In this document: one piece after another, positions 22,048 through 31,038 of the stretch
Layout of the letters: each line of letters begins with the position of its first letter
Position numbering within the stretch: the stretch's first letter is position 1
Assembly: GCA_963668355.1 (NCBI GenBank)
Contig: OY764265.1
Location: forward strand, 1,856,001-1,920,000
From: Bdellovibrionota bacterium
GTDB lineage: Bacteria > Bdellovibrionota_G > JALEGL01 > DATDPG01
Direction: 5' to 3'
DNA: 64,000 bases
The notes under the pieces: model-generated
Seen by the model: the letters and a program-made list of their open reading frames with translations, nothing else
What the model was told of the DNA's origin: nothing
The model's database searches: none
Made by a program: the position numbers and the translations under genes

Positions 22048-22104
22048 GGGGGGATGATTATCATAAAGGAGCTAAGCTGGTAAGATTCTTGTGAGTAGGA
22101 ACAC

Positions 22105-22836
22105 ATGCGAAAACTCTTCAAAAAATACGTGAGCCGGGAAGATTTTGTCGATGACTATGAAGCGACGTTGAAAAATGGTGGTTTAATGCTTGAGGTTCAT
22201 GAAAATATTCCCCCTCGAGATCCCGTTGAAATTGACTTGCAAGTCGAAACCAAGAATCTTGGCACCCTACCTGGGGAGGCCGTGTTTGTTCCAGACGGAG
22301 AACCCCCTTATCAAGTGGGAATTGAGCTCCGGGGTGAATGGAAAGACCTTCTGGAGGAGTGGGTAGAAAAGTTAAGTGACTCCGATACCAAACGAAAAAA
22401 GTGGGGAACCGATTCGGAGTCTCTTCAACATGTCGTTAAGGACATGGAAACGCATGAAAAAGTGCAGTTAGCCATCAAGGGAAACAAGGCGGAACGCCAG
22501 ATTTTAATGAAAGATCAGCACTATATGGTTCATCAGTATGTGTTGAAAAATCCCCGGATTACGCCGGACGAAATTGCGCAGTTTGCTCGGAAACCATCCT
22601 TGTCAGGTGAAATGGTCCAGACGATCGTGGGAAACCGAGAGTGGATGCAAAATATGACGGTGAAATTGGCTATGATCAAAAACCCAAAGACGCCAGCTAA
22701 TATCGTTCAAAAGCATATCGGTTCTCTTCGAGACAATGATTTAATGAAATTAGCCAAAAGTGAGAATGTAAGGGACGCCGTTTCCAAAGCTGCCATCCGT
22801 GTTTTAGCGTCTCGGGGCAAAGTTGTGAGAAAATAG
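22105..22836 (+). CDS. Hypothetical protein: degenerate PilZ-like N-domain plus helical repeat C-domain
   Basis: LKNGGLML...GEAVFV...VGIEL resembles PilZ; repeated KNPR/KNPKTP helical units. Confidence 0.6.
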   Translation: MRKLFKKYVSREDFVDDYEATLKNGGLMLEVHENIPPRDPVEIDLQVETKNLGTLPGEAVFVPDGEPPYQVGIELRGEWKDLLEEWVEKLSDSDTKRKKWGTDSESLQHVVKDMETHEKVQLAIKGNKAERQILMKDQHYMVHQYVLKNPRITPDEIAQFARKPSLSGEMVQTIVGNREWMQNMTVKLAMIKNPKTPANIVQKHIGSLRDNDLMKLAKSENVRDAVSKAAIRVLASRGKVVRK

Positions 22837-22841
22837 AATTG

Positions 22842-23228
22842 ATGAAAACCATTCATGTCGTTGCGGGAATTTTTTGGTGCGAAGACCGGTTTCTCATCGG
22901 TCGGCGAAAAGAAGGAGGCTCGTTTGCGGGCAAGTGGGAGTTTCCTGGAGGAAAAGTGCGTGAGGGAGAAGAGGAGAAAGATGCCCTTCGTCGCGAAATT
23001 CAAGAGGAACTGGGTGCGGAAATCGAAGTGGGTGAAAAGTACGCTGAGATCGAACACGACTACACATCCATTCGTGTAAAGCTCAACTTTTTCAAAGCCA
23101 AATTTTTTGGGCCCCCGCCTAAAACATCTACAAGCCACCAAGCCTTAGCCTGGGTTACGCCCAAAGAAGCCAAAAGTTTCGATTTCCTCGAAGCGGACAC
23201 GCCAATCATAAACAAGCTATCAAGTTAG
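22842..23228 (+). CDS. mutT: MutT-like NUDIX hydrolase
   Basis: WEFPGGKVREGEEEKDALRREIQEELG Nudix box. Confidence 0.9.
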   Translation: MKTIHVVAGIFWCEDRFLIGRRKEGGSFAGKWEFPGGKVREGEEEKDALRREIQEELGAEIEVGEKYAEIEHDYTSIRVKLNFFKAKFFGPPPKTSTSHQALAWVTPKEAKSFDFLEADTPIINKLSS

Positions 23229-23240
23229 CTTTGGGAGATC

Positions 23241-23335
23241 ATGTGGGAGGGTCCTGTCGTTTCCGAAAAGGGTGCGCTGCGGCCCGATACTCCTCGGCAC
23301 CCTTTTCGGAAACGCCACCCTTTAACCCTATCCAA
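23241..23335 (+). repeat. 95-bp palindromic element, copy 1
   Basis: Perfect 18-bp stem CGTTTCCGAAAAGGGTGC/GCACCCTTTTCGGAAACG; 75/95 identical (ungapped) to the inverted copy at 23569-23663. Confidence 0.9.
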
Positions 23336-23568
23336 GAGATGTCTACTCTGAAAATAATTTCCACATGTTTGGGATAGAGAAAAGAATACCTAATGTCATT
23401 AGATCGTAACCTGCCCAGTAGTAAATCCTATGCTTCAGGTTCATATGGGAACAACCCAGCGATGTTAGATTGCCGATCTTAATATATGGAACTTTCGCAA
23501 TGGGGAAGACAATGATTCATTGAGCATAAGCATCGCGTTTGAAGTTCATGATTTGATTAAAAACAATG

Positions 23569-23663
23569 TTGGATAGGTCTAAAGGGTGGCGATTTCAAAA
23601 GGGTTGGCGAGCACTGTCGGGGCGCAGTCCAACCCTTTTGAAATCGCCAGGACCCTCCCACAT
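23569..23663 (-). repeat. 95-bp palindromic element, copy 2 (inverted)
   Basis: Perfect 20-bp stem GGCGATTTCAAAAGGGTTGG/CCAACCCTTTTGAAATCGCC; shares the ATGTGGGAGGGTCCTG and CCTATCCAA ends with copy 1. Confidence 0.9.
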
Positions 23664-23701
23664 AGTCTGCAATATTCTGCTTAAAACCTCTTTTTGAGTC
23701 T

Positions 23702-24052
23702 TCAGCTTTGTGTCTGCCGAGCAATAAAGAGGGCGATTTTTTGTCGATCGGATTCTTGGATGTTTTTGAATTTTACACCGACGCCCGAAGAGTTGGGTTC
23801 TCGATTTCCCGGTTGGTCATATGTCCAAACAACCTCGCCTTTGACGTCAATGGCTTCATGGTCATCGGGCAATTTGAATTTTAGATCCATTTCCGTTCCG
23901 ACGGGATACATGGTTCTCGTTCGTATGAACGCGCCTCCAATCGAGACATTTTCCAGTTTGGTTAGAAAGTACTTTTCGTAAGTGCCTAAATCGATTTCGA
24001 TTTCGACCTGGGCTCGTTTTTGTATTCGACGTTCTGAATTGGAGATGCTCAT
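23702..24052 (-). CDS. Stand-alone PilZ domain protein (TIGR02266-like)
   Basis: RIQKR (RxxxR) and NVSIGG (NxSxxG) c-di-GMP motifs; start ATG 24052. Confidence 0.9.
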   Translation of the reverse strand: MSISNSERRIQKRAQVEIEIDLGTYEKYFLTKLENVSIGGAFIRTRTMYPVGTEMDLKFKLPDDHEAIDVKGEVVWTYDQPGNREPNSSGVGVKFKNIQESDRQKIALFIARQTQS

Positions 24053-24134
24053 ACGTAACTTCCAATCTACCACGTCACAGGGCGTTAGGGAATTGCTTGC
24101 GAGGCGAGACCTGCCCAGGTAGTCTGCTCCAATT

Positions 24135-25052
24135 ATGGAAAATGTCATCATCATCGGATCAGGGCCAGCAGGTTTGACTTCAGCCATCTATACATCCAGA
24201 GCCAATTTGAATCCGCTCATGTTTGAAGGTCTCATGGGGGGAGGTCAGTTGATGCTCACGACGGAAGTGGAAAACTTTCCTGGGTTTCCCGAAGGGATCA
24301 TGGGGCCGGATTTAATGCAGAATTTTCGAAAACAAGCGGAACGCTTTGGTACCCGAATTGAAACGCGGGATGTTACGAAAGTGGACTTGTCCAGCCATCC
24401 TTTTCGCGTGTGGGTCGATGACCAAGAGTATGAGACAAAATCGGTGATTGTGGCTACGGGGGCCACAGCGAAAATGCTGGGACTTCCTTCGGAACAAGCC
24501 CTGATTGGAAAAGGCGTTTCTACTTGCGCCACATGTGATGGTGCATTTTTCCGCGAACAAGAGATCTGCTTGGTTGGCGGAGGAGATAGTGCGCTGGAAG
24601 AAGCCATTTTTCTTACTCGTTTTGCCTCAAAGGTGACGCTGATTCATCGACGAGATGAATTGAGAGCCTCAAAGGTGATGCAAGACAAAGCAAAATCCAA
24701 TCCGAAGATTCATTGGCAATGGAATTCTGTTGTCGATGAGGTGTTGGGTGAAACGGTGGTTGAAGGGGTTCGTGTGAAGGATGTCAAAAATGGAGAAACG
24801 ACGAACATTCCTTGCACGGGACTTTTTATTGCCATCGGACACACGCCGAATACAAAGATGTTTGAAGGCCAATTGGAGCTAGAAGACAATGGTTACCTCA
24901 AAACGTACGAAGGCTCCAAAACGAGTAAAGAAGGAGTCTTTGCTTGTGGAGATGTTCAGGACTTTACGTATCGACAGGCCATTACGGCAGCGGGATCGGG
25001 CTGCATGGCGGCATTGGATTGTGAACGTTGGTTAGAGCATAAGGGCCTCTAG
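24135..25052 (+). CDS. trxB: Thioredoxin reductase
   Basis: GSGPAG, CATCD, GGGDSA, QAITAAGSG. Confidence 0.98.
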   Translation: MENVIIIGSGPAGLTSAIYTSRANLNPLMFEGLMGGGQLMLTTEVENFPGFPEGIMGPDLMQNFRKQAERFGTRIETRDVTKVDLSSHPFRVWVDDQEYETKSVIVATGATAKMLGLPSEQALIGKGVSTCATCDGAFFREQEICLVGGGDSALEEAIFLTRFASKVTLIHRRDELRASKVMQDKAKSNPKIHWQWNSVVDEVLGETVVEGVRVKDVKNGETTNIPCTGLFIAIGHTPNTKMFEGQLELEDNGYLKTYEGSKTSKEGVFACGDVQDFTYRQAITAAGSGCMAALDCERWLEHKGL

Positions 25053-25054
25053 AC

Positions 25055-25420
25055 GTGAAGACCATTCTCCCCGTGTTGTATTTTTGGCTTTCGTGTTTGG
25101 CTTCGGCAGGAGCTGCTTTGAGTGGTTTTGGTTTCTTCAGTTATCCCGGAAGTCATCTGCATATGACCTTGGCCATTTTAGGGGGAATTCTTTGGACTGT
25201 GGGTTGCGTGTTGAGCATTCGTCGCCTCAAGTCCAAGCAAGGGCTAATCACAGTACATGTTTATTTTTTAGCCATTTTTTTGGGGTTGGGGGCTCGGTTT
25301 TTTGGCATGGAAGGTAGCTATCACCATTGGGTGGTTTACTTTTTGTTGTTGGCCCAAATGCATGTGACGGTAAAAGCTTCCTTAGCCGTTTCTCGCTTGG
25401 ACTCTCCCGTAGAGAAATGA
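25055..25420 (+). CDS. Small 4-TM membrane hypothetical protein
   Basis: Four hydrophobic segments; tightly packed between trxB and the GDPD gene. Confidence 0.65.
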   Translation: MKTILPVLYFWLSCLASAGAALSGFGFFSYPGSHLHMTLAILGGILWTVGCVLSIRRLKSKQGLITVHVYFLAIFLGLGARFFGMEGSYHHWVVYFLLLAQMHVTVKASLAVSRLDSPVEK

Positions 25421-26181
25421 GTCGCTTCTTCGGTTGCCAACCTTGCTTGATTGACCGACCGAACAAAGATCTGTGGATCATTGGACATCGTGGATTTCCA
25501 CGTGTGGCTCCGGAAAATACGCTCACCTCTTTTGAGAAGGCCATTGAATACGGAGCGGACATGGTTGAATTGGATGTGACCCTGTCTCGGGAAGGGGTTC
25601 CTGTTGTCATTCACGATTCCCACTTAAGCCGGACGACGGACGGAAAAGGATTTGTGCGAAGACATTCCTTGTCCTCTTTGAGAAAATTGGATGCGGGCAG
25701 TTGGTTTGGAAAGGAATTCCGCCAGGAGTTTATCCCCACGCTTTCAGAAGTATTTGAATTATTCGGGAGCCGAATCTCCATCAACATTGAGATTAAGAAA
25801 GAATCCTTTTCCAAACGCCAACCTTGGGTGGTGGAGGCCGTATTGCGTACGATCGAAGACTTCGGTTTGAGGAAAAGCACTGTGGTCTCTTCTTTTTCTC
25901 CCGAGGTTGTGCGGCAAATTAAAAGAAAATCTTCGAAACAGCCCACGGCGATTCTGGTTTCAAATAGAGGAAAAAAGGCGAAAAATTTAATCCGCCAAAC
26001 GGGGGCAGATGCACTTCATGTGTCTTTGGAGTGCTTCTCCGAATCCCTGGTTGAGGATATGGATTTGTTAGGAATTCCGGTTCGCGTTTTTACGATCAAT
26101 GAAAAACGCACGGCCACACGTCTATTTCGGCAAGGAGCTCAAGCCGTATTTACGGACGAAGTCAAAAAACTGGCTGGCTAA
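25417..26181 (+). CDS. Glycerophosphodiester phosphodiesterase
   Basis: GHRG, PENT, ELDV, HD, NIEIK; start ATG 25417. Confidence 0.93.
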   Translation: MSRFFGCQPCLIDRPNKDLWIIGHRGFPRVAPENTLTSFEKAIEYGADMVELDVTLSREGVPVVIHDSHLSRTTDGKGFVRRHSLSSLRKLDAGSWFGKEFRQEFIPTLSEVFELFGSRISINIEIKKESFSKRQPWVVEAVLRTIEDFGLRKSTVVSSFSPEVVRQIKRKSSKQPTAILVSNRGKKAKNLIRQTGADALHVSLECFSESLVEDMDLLGIPVRVFTINEKRTATRLFRQGAQAVFTDEVKKLAG

Positions 26182-27464
26182 GCGTCGATGGAGACTTCGG
26201 GGAAGGGGGGAGCCGGTTTAGCAATGTAATAACCTTGCACGTAATCCACACCTAAGTCAGCCATAACCTCTAAGTCATCCTTGGTTTCTACGCCTTCAGC
26301 AATGGTTTCGCTGTCAATAGATTTGGCCAAGGCATCCACGGCTTTGACCATGGCTCGTTTTCCCGGACTTTCAGAAGCCCCTCGAACAATCGACTGATCG
26401 ATTTTTACATAGCGTGGTTTGATTTCCATGATGGCTTCTAAACTGGAATATCCAGCTCCTACGTCATCAATGGCCATGGTGATGCCTACATCGGTGTAAT
26501 AGCTGATGGCTTGTTTGAAATGGGAATATTGCTCAATGGCATGTCTTTCGGTGATTTCAAAGACAGTGTCACTGATGGGAACATTATGACTTTCCAGAAA
26601 CTTGGAAAAGACTCCTGCTTCGAAATCAGGGTCATAAATTAAGTTGGGTAGGGTGTTGATGAAGAGTTTTCTCCCTTCTTTTTTCCCTTTTGCATTGACG
26701 ATGGCTCGTTTCCGACACACCCGGTCCAATTCAAAGACCAATCCTGTTTCTTCAGCCAGTGTGAACAAAATGATCGGGGCCTCAATTTCTGAATTTTTAG
26801 GACCTCGGCTAAGGGCTTCGTAGCCCAAAATGGACAGATCTTTTGTGCTTACGATGGGCTGATAGACGGTATAAATATGCTCTTCCAAGAGAATTTTCTG
26901 GAGGCGTCCGCGGTTTTTCAATTCCAATTGGGACATTTGAAGTTTGGCGATATCCCTGGCTTCGTCGATTAAATTGAAAATTGTTCGACAGGTCCGAATC
27001 ATGGGGTTCTGAACGACAAATGAGTATCCCACATTGATTTTCGGTAATCCTTTTAGATGATTGTAGAGTTCAAAGAACAACGTCGAATGGAGATAGTTTT
27101 GAACGCGTTCGCAAACCATTTCGACGTCGTCTTTCGAAAGAATGTGACCAGTTCGCTCTTTTCGGGTTTCCGAAAGAAAAATTACGAAGGAGTAGCCACC
27201 CACTTCTGTTAGGGCCACGATATCCGAGTTTCGGATGACAACCCCACGCATGTTTAAAAGAACTTTTCCAACGCGGGTAAGGATGTCGTCAAAAAGCGTG
27301 TTGCCGAACTTCTCCTCAATTTTTCCCAAGCGTTTCCCGTCGACATACAAAAGACCCAAAGCATTGTCTTGGCGCAACAGCTTTTCAACTTCAGGCATAA
27401 CCGCCAAATAACTTGGTATTCCACGATTCGTGTCAAATAGATCAATTTTTGTTTGTCTTTTCAT
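26178..27464 (-). CDS. EAL c-di-GMP phosphodiesterase with degenerate GGDEF-like N-domain
   Basis: EALSR, EITE, DDVGAGYSS, VKID, EGVE, QGY intact; GGYSF at the GGDEF position. Confidence 0.9.
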   Translation of the reverse strand: MKRQTKIDLFDTNRGIPSYLAVMPEVEKLLRQDNALGLLYVDGKRLGKIEEKFGNTLFDDILTRVGKVLLNMRGVVIRNSDIVALTEVGGYSFVIFLSETRKERTGHILSKDDVEMVCERVQNYLHSTLFFELYNHLKGLPKINVGYSFVVQNPMIRTCRTIFNLIDEARDIAKLQMSQLELKNRGRLQKILLEEHIYTVYQPIVSTKDLSILGYEALSRGPKNSEIEAPIILFTLAEETGLVFELDRVCRKRAIVNAKGKKEGRKLFINTLPNLIYDPDFEAGVFSKFLESHNVPISDTVFEITERHAIEQYSHFKQAISYYTDVGITMAIDDVGAGYSSLEAIMEIKPRYVKIDQSIVRGASESPGKRAMVKAVDALAKSIDSETIAEGVETKDDLEVMADLGVDYVQGYYIAKPAPPFPEVSIDA

Positions 27465-27577
27465 TTTTCTTCCAGTCACAACCCCTCCAAGGCAGAACAA
27501 GCATCATAGTATGATATGGATCTCATTTGAACAGCATTTATTTACAGGGGTGAAACCCTTTCGCAGTATGTCAATCG

Positions 27578-29767
27578 TTACAGCGCGCTTAATTCGTTCA
27601 GGATCTTTTGCGTGTGGGTATAGTCCGGAAGGACAAATCGTGCAGCGGTGTTCCGTCCATTGACTCTACAGCTCCAAGCATCCTGAGGTACGGCCGAAAA
27701 CATGTCTTCGTCGGTTCGGTCATCTCCAAAACACAAAACAAAGGCATCGGGTTTCACTCGACTTAAAGCATGTTTTACGAGAGTTCCTTTGTTGACGCCT
27801 TGAGGCCTGACTTCTACAACCTTTTTCCCCCGAATTACATCAATGGGCATTCCGGCCAAGCTCTCTTTTAAGTGAATCGTGAGTTCGTGCGCTTGCCATT
27901 CCCCCAATTCCGGATCGGATTGTCGAAAGTGCCACGTGATTCCATTCGTTTTTTTCTCAAGTGTGGAGCCGGGTGTCCTGCGAAGGTAGTCATGGAAAAT
28001 GGGAAAAACTTTGTTGACCCAGTCATTGTTGGAGGGGGCCAATTGCAGCCATTTTTTGATCTGGATTTCTTTGCAGAACAAACCATGTTCCGCAGATAGA
28101 TGGATGGGAATATTGGAGAACCACTTGTCGAGAACCTTTCGAGAGCGTCCGCTAACCAAATACACATCATTCTTTTTGTCTTTCCCCAGTTTCTTGAGAA
28201 GGGAAAGCGTGCGATTTGATGGCGGAGCCAAGTCGGGCGTTGGAGCGAAAGGTGCCAGCGTACCATCATAATCTAGGAAAATGAGGCGGGAATCCGCGCT
28301 TTTGTATTCCTTTTTTAAAATGGGGAGATTGTGTCGAAGGTCAACGACTGCAGGAGGCAACTCATGTTCTCCACTTTCAAGATTCCGAACGAATCGCCGA
28401 GCCCATGCTAAAGAAGAAAAAGCTTCGACATATTTCAGATTTTGAGCAACACGCTTCTTTCGTTCAGCGGGTTTCATGGCGAGTGCTTGGGAAATAGCGT
28501 TGGAGACTCCTTGAATGTCCCAAGGGTTAATGAACAAAGCGTTCCCGAGAGAATGAGCGGCGCCTGCAAATTCGCTCAAGATGAGGACGCCATCTTTTTC
28601 TTTTTGGCAGGCGGTATACTCCAGGGCAACTAAGTTCATCCCATCTCGGATCGACGTAATGAGCATGATGTCAGAAAGGCGATACAAAGCCGTCAATTCT
28701 TCGAAGGGAATGCTATTGGTGATGTAGTGGATGGGCGTATGGCCTGGAGTGCCATATTTGCCGTTAATGCGTCCCACCAATTCATCCATCTGTTGCTTGA
28801 GGGAGATGTAATCTTTGACATGCTCTCTGGAGGGAACCGCCACCTGAACCAGGACCACTGATTTTCGCTTAGAGGGATTCTTTTCCAGGAAAGCCTCGAA
28901 AGCTTGTAACTTGGGAACGATTCCCTTGATGTAATCGCTTCGATCCACGCCGAGAATTACGGTTTTTCCTTTGAACTGATCCTCAAGTTTCTTGCGAACA
29001 CGAACCACTTTTGGGGCCTTGATGGTTTTGATAAAATCGTTTGGCGCAATTCCGATGGGGTAGGTTCCAAAGTGAATCTTCCGATTCTTATAAATGACTT
29101 GATCGTGCGTGGAATCGGTTCCCAATACACGGACACAGGAGCTGGCAAAATGTCGAGCGTAATCGAGGGTTTGAAATCCGATGAGATCGCTTCCCAAAAG
29201 TCCTTTAAGAAGTTCCTCTCGAACCGGAAGCAAGCGATACAATTCCGAGGAAGGGAAAGGAATGTGTAAGAAGAATCCGATATTCAATTCCGGGATTTCT
29301 TTTCTTAAAATCTGTGGCAGCAGAAAGAGTTGATAGTCGTGAACCCAGACCGATGTACTTTTTTTGCAAAGGGGTAAAACTTTCTCTGCAAACTGCTCGT
29401 TTACACGTTTGTATTCGTTCCAAAACGGCAGTGAAAAATCCACGAAATTTGGCAAATAGTGAAACAGCGGCCAAATGACGGAATTGCAAAAACCATTATA
29501 AAATTGCTCAATTTGAGTTTGGTCGAGAAAAACGGGAGTAAACCCATTTTCCTTTTCGAGCATGGTTTTCACCTTGGGCTGATCGCTTCCTGGAACGTCT
29601 GCCCCCGGCCAACCCACCCATTTAAAACTTAAATTTTGTTTCACGCCCGCCAATGCAGAGGCCAGGCCCCCGCTGCTCGGTTTGGCTTTCCAGCCCTTGG
29701 AGTCACTCTTCAGAGCGATGGGGAGGCGATTGGAGACGACGATGAGTTCTCGTTTACGTGGTGCCAT
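27578..29767 (-). CDS. otsAB: Bifunctional trehalose-6-phosphate synthase/phosphatase
   Basis: VSNRLP, GGL, WVHDYQL, DGMNLVA (GT20) fused to a HAD domain with DYDGT and GDDRTD. Confidence 0.96.
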   Translation of the reverse strand: MAPRKRELIVVSNRLPIALKSDSKGWKAKPSSGGLASALAGVKQNLSFKWVGWPGADVPGSDQPKVKTMLEKENGFTPVFLDQTQIEQFYNGFCNSVIWPLFHYLPNFVDFSLPFWNEYKRVNEQFAEKVLPLCKKSTSVWVHDYQLFLLPQILRKEIPELNIGFFLHIPFPSSELYRLLPVREELLKGLLGSDLIGFQTLDYARHFASSCVRVLGTDSTHDQVIYKNRKIHFGTYPIGIAPNDFIKTIKAPKVVRVRKKLEDQFKGKTVILGVDRSDYIKGIVPKLQAFEAFLEKNPSKRKSVVLVQVAVPSREHVKDYISLKQQMDELVGRINGKYGTPGHTPIHYITNSIPFEELTALYRLSDIMLITSIRDGMNLVALEYTACQKEKDGVLILSEFAGAAHSLGNALFINPWDIQGVSNAISQALAMKPAERKKRVAQNLKYVEAFSSLAWARRFVRNLESGEHELPPAVVDLRHNLPILKKEYKSADSRLIFLDYDGTLAPFAPTPDLAPPSNRTLSLLKKLGKDKKNDVYLVSGRSRKVLDKWFSNIPIHLSAEHGLFCKEIQIKKWLQLAPSNNDWVNKVFPIFHDYLRRTPGSTLEKKTNGITWHFRQSDPELGEWQAHELTIHLKESLAGMPIDVIRGKKVVEVRPQGVNKGTLVKHALSRVKPDAFVLCFGDDRTDEDMFSAVPQDAWSCRVNGRNTAARFVLPDYTHTQKILNELSAL

Positions 29768-29853
29768 AATTAAGTAGGTGTCGAAAAACTCGACAGTTTG
29801 GAAGAGATAACATGAATCCCCAAAGGGAACAAGGGAGGCGTAAGTATTTGAAT

Positions 29854-30951
29854 TTATTTAGTTGAAGTTTGATCTGGCGACGGTTGGTAGATGCACCAGT
29901 CGTCGGTTTCCAGGAAATCTCCCGTTAAGGCATAGGCTCGGGAACGCGAACCTCCACAAATGTCCTTGTATTCACATCGGCCACATCTTCCCTTAAGGAG
30001 ATTTCCATCTCGTAGGTCTCGAAAAAGAGGGGAGCGCCGGTAGATCTCTGAAAGAACATCTTTTTTCACATTTCCTGCAGAAATGGGAAGGAAGCCGCTC
30101 GGAAAGACTTCCCCGTCATGCGCGACAAAAAGAAAGCCTTTGCCCGCATTGACGGCACTGGGAGCCCTTCCCATACTATGTCCTGGACCCTCGGACCTCA
30201 TGAGGCGAGGGTGGAGTCCTTGTCCTGTATTTTCCTGCTGGGCGACAAAACGTCGGTAATGAGGGGCTTCGGTCACTTTTAAAATGAAGGAGCACTCTCG
30301 GTGAAGTTGGTGGAGGGTGAAAAAAGCCTGCTCACATTCGTTTGCAGAAAGTGAAGCAAGATCCTTTCCTCGGCCTGTGGGGACCAGGAAAAAGACTTCC
30401 CAGAAGACAATTCCCAAACTGGATACAAATTTAGCCATATCCTCAAGATAAGGCAGAGATTGAGCGGTAATCGTCGTGTTGATTTGGAGTGGAATCTGTA
30501 AATCGTGAGCCCACTGAATTCCCTTCATCGTGAGTTCAAAGGCTCCAGGAACCCCTCGAAACGAATCATGGAGATCGGAGGAGGGGAAGTCCAAGCTGAA
30601 CGCGAGTTGATCCAAGCCAGAGTCCCTTAAGCTTTGAAGACGTTTTTGTGTGAGCATGGGGGTGGCTGCGGGGATTGTGGCGACGGTAAGCCCGAGATTT
30701 TTTCCGTGTTGAATCAAGTCTTCGAGGTCTATCCGTTTTAAGGGGTCGCCTCCACTTAACACCAGAATGGGGCAACCCATTTGGGATACCGAGGTAATCA
30801 ATTCTCGTCCTTCTGAGGGAGTTAGCTCTCCCTGCAAAGGTTCTGGCTGTGCGGACGCACGGCAATGACTGCATGCCAAATCACACGCTTGGGTCACTTC
30901 CCAAATCACAAGAAACGGTGTGTCATCATAATTTACAACAGGCATTTTCAT
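29854..30951 (-). CDS. Radical SAM/SPASM protein, NirJ/AhbD-like (TIGR04053-like)
   Basis: WEVTQACDLACSHC, SGGDPL, TEAPHYRR, CGRCEYKDICGGSR. Confidence 0.88.
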   Translation of the reverse strand: MKMPVVNYDDTPFLVIWEVTQACDLACSHCRASAQPEPLQGELTPSEGRELITSVSQMGCPILVLSGGDPLKRIDLEDLIQHGKNLGLTVATIPAATPMLTQKRLQSLRDSGLDQLAFSLDFPSSDLHDSFRGVPGAFELTMKGIQWAHDLQIPLQINTTITAQSLPYLEDMAKFVSSLGIVFWEVFFLVPTGRGKDLASLSANECEQAFFTLHQLHRECSFILKVTEAPHYRRFVAQQENTGQGLHPRLMRSEGPGHSMGRAPSAVNAGKGFLFVAHDGEVFPSGFLPISAGNVKKDVLSEIYRRSPLFRDLRDGNLLKGRCGRCEYKDICGGSRSRAYALTGDFLETDDWCIYQPSPDQTSTK

Positions 30952-31038
30952 CAATGGTGCAAGTATATATCTGAGTTTTACAAAAAGGCGTAGCTCGTAG
31001 ACAATACATTCTTACACGCTGTTCTGGAGGAAAAACGT

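Noticed and set aside
23241..23663. Possible CRISPR array or intact IS
   Set aside because: Only two copies, inverted and 95 bp long; no cas or transposase gene and no clear target-site duplication.
27578..29767. OtsA-OtsB fusion
   Set aside because: Architecture already known in several bacterial lineages.
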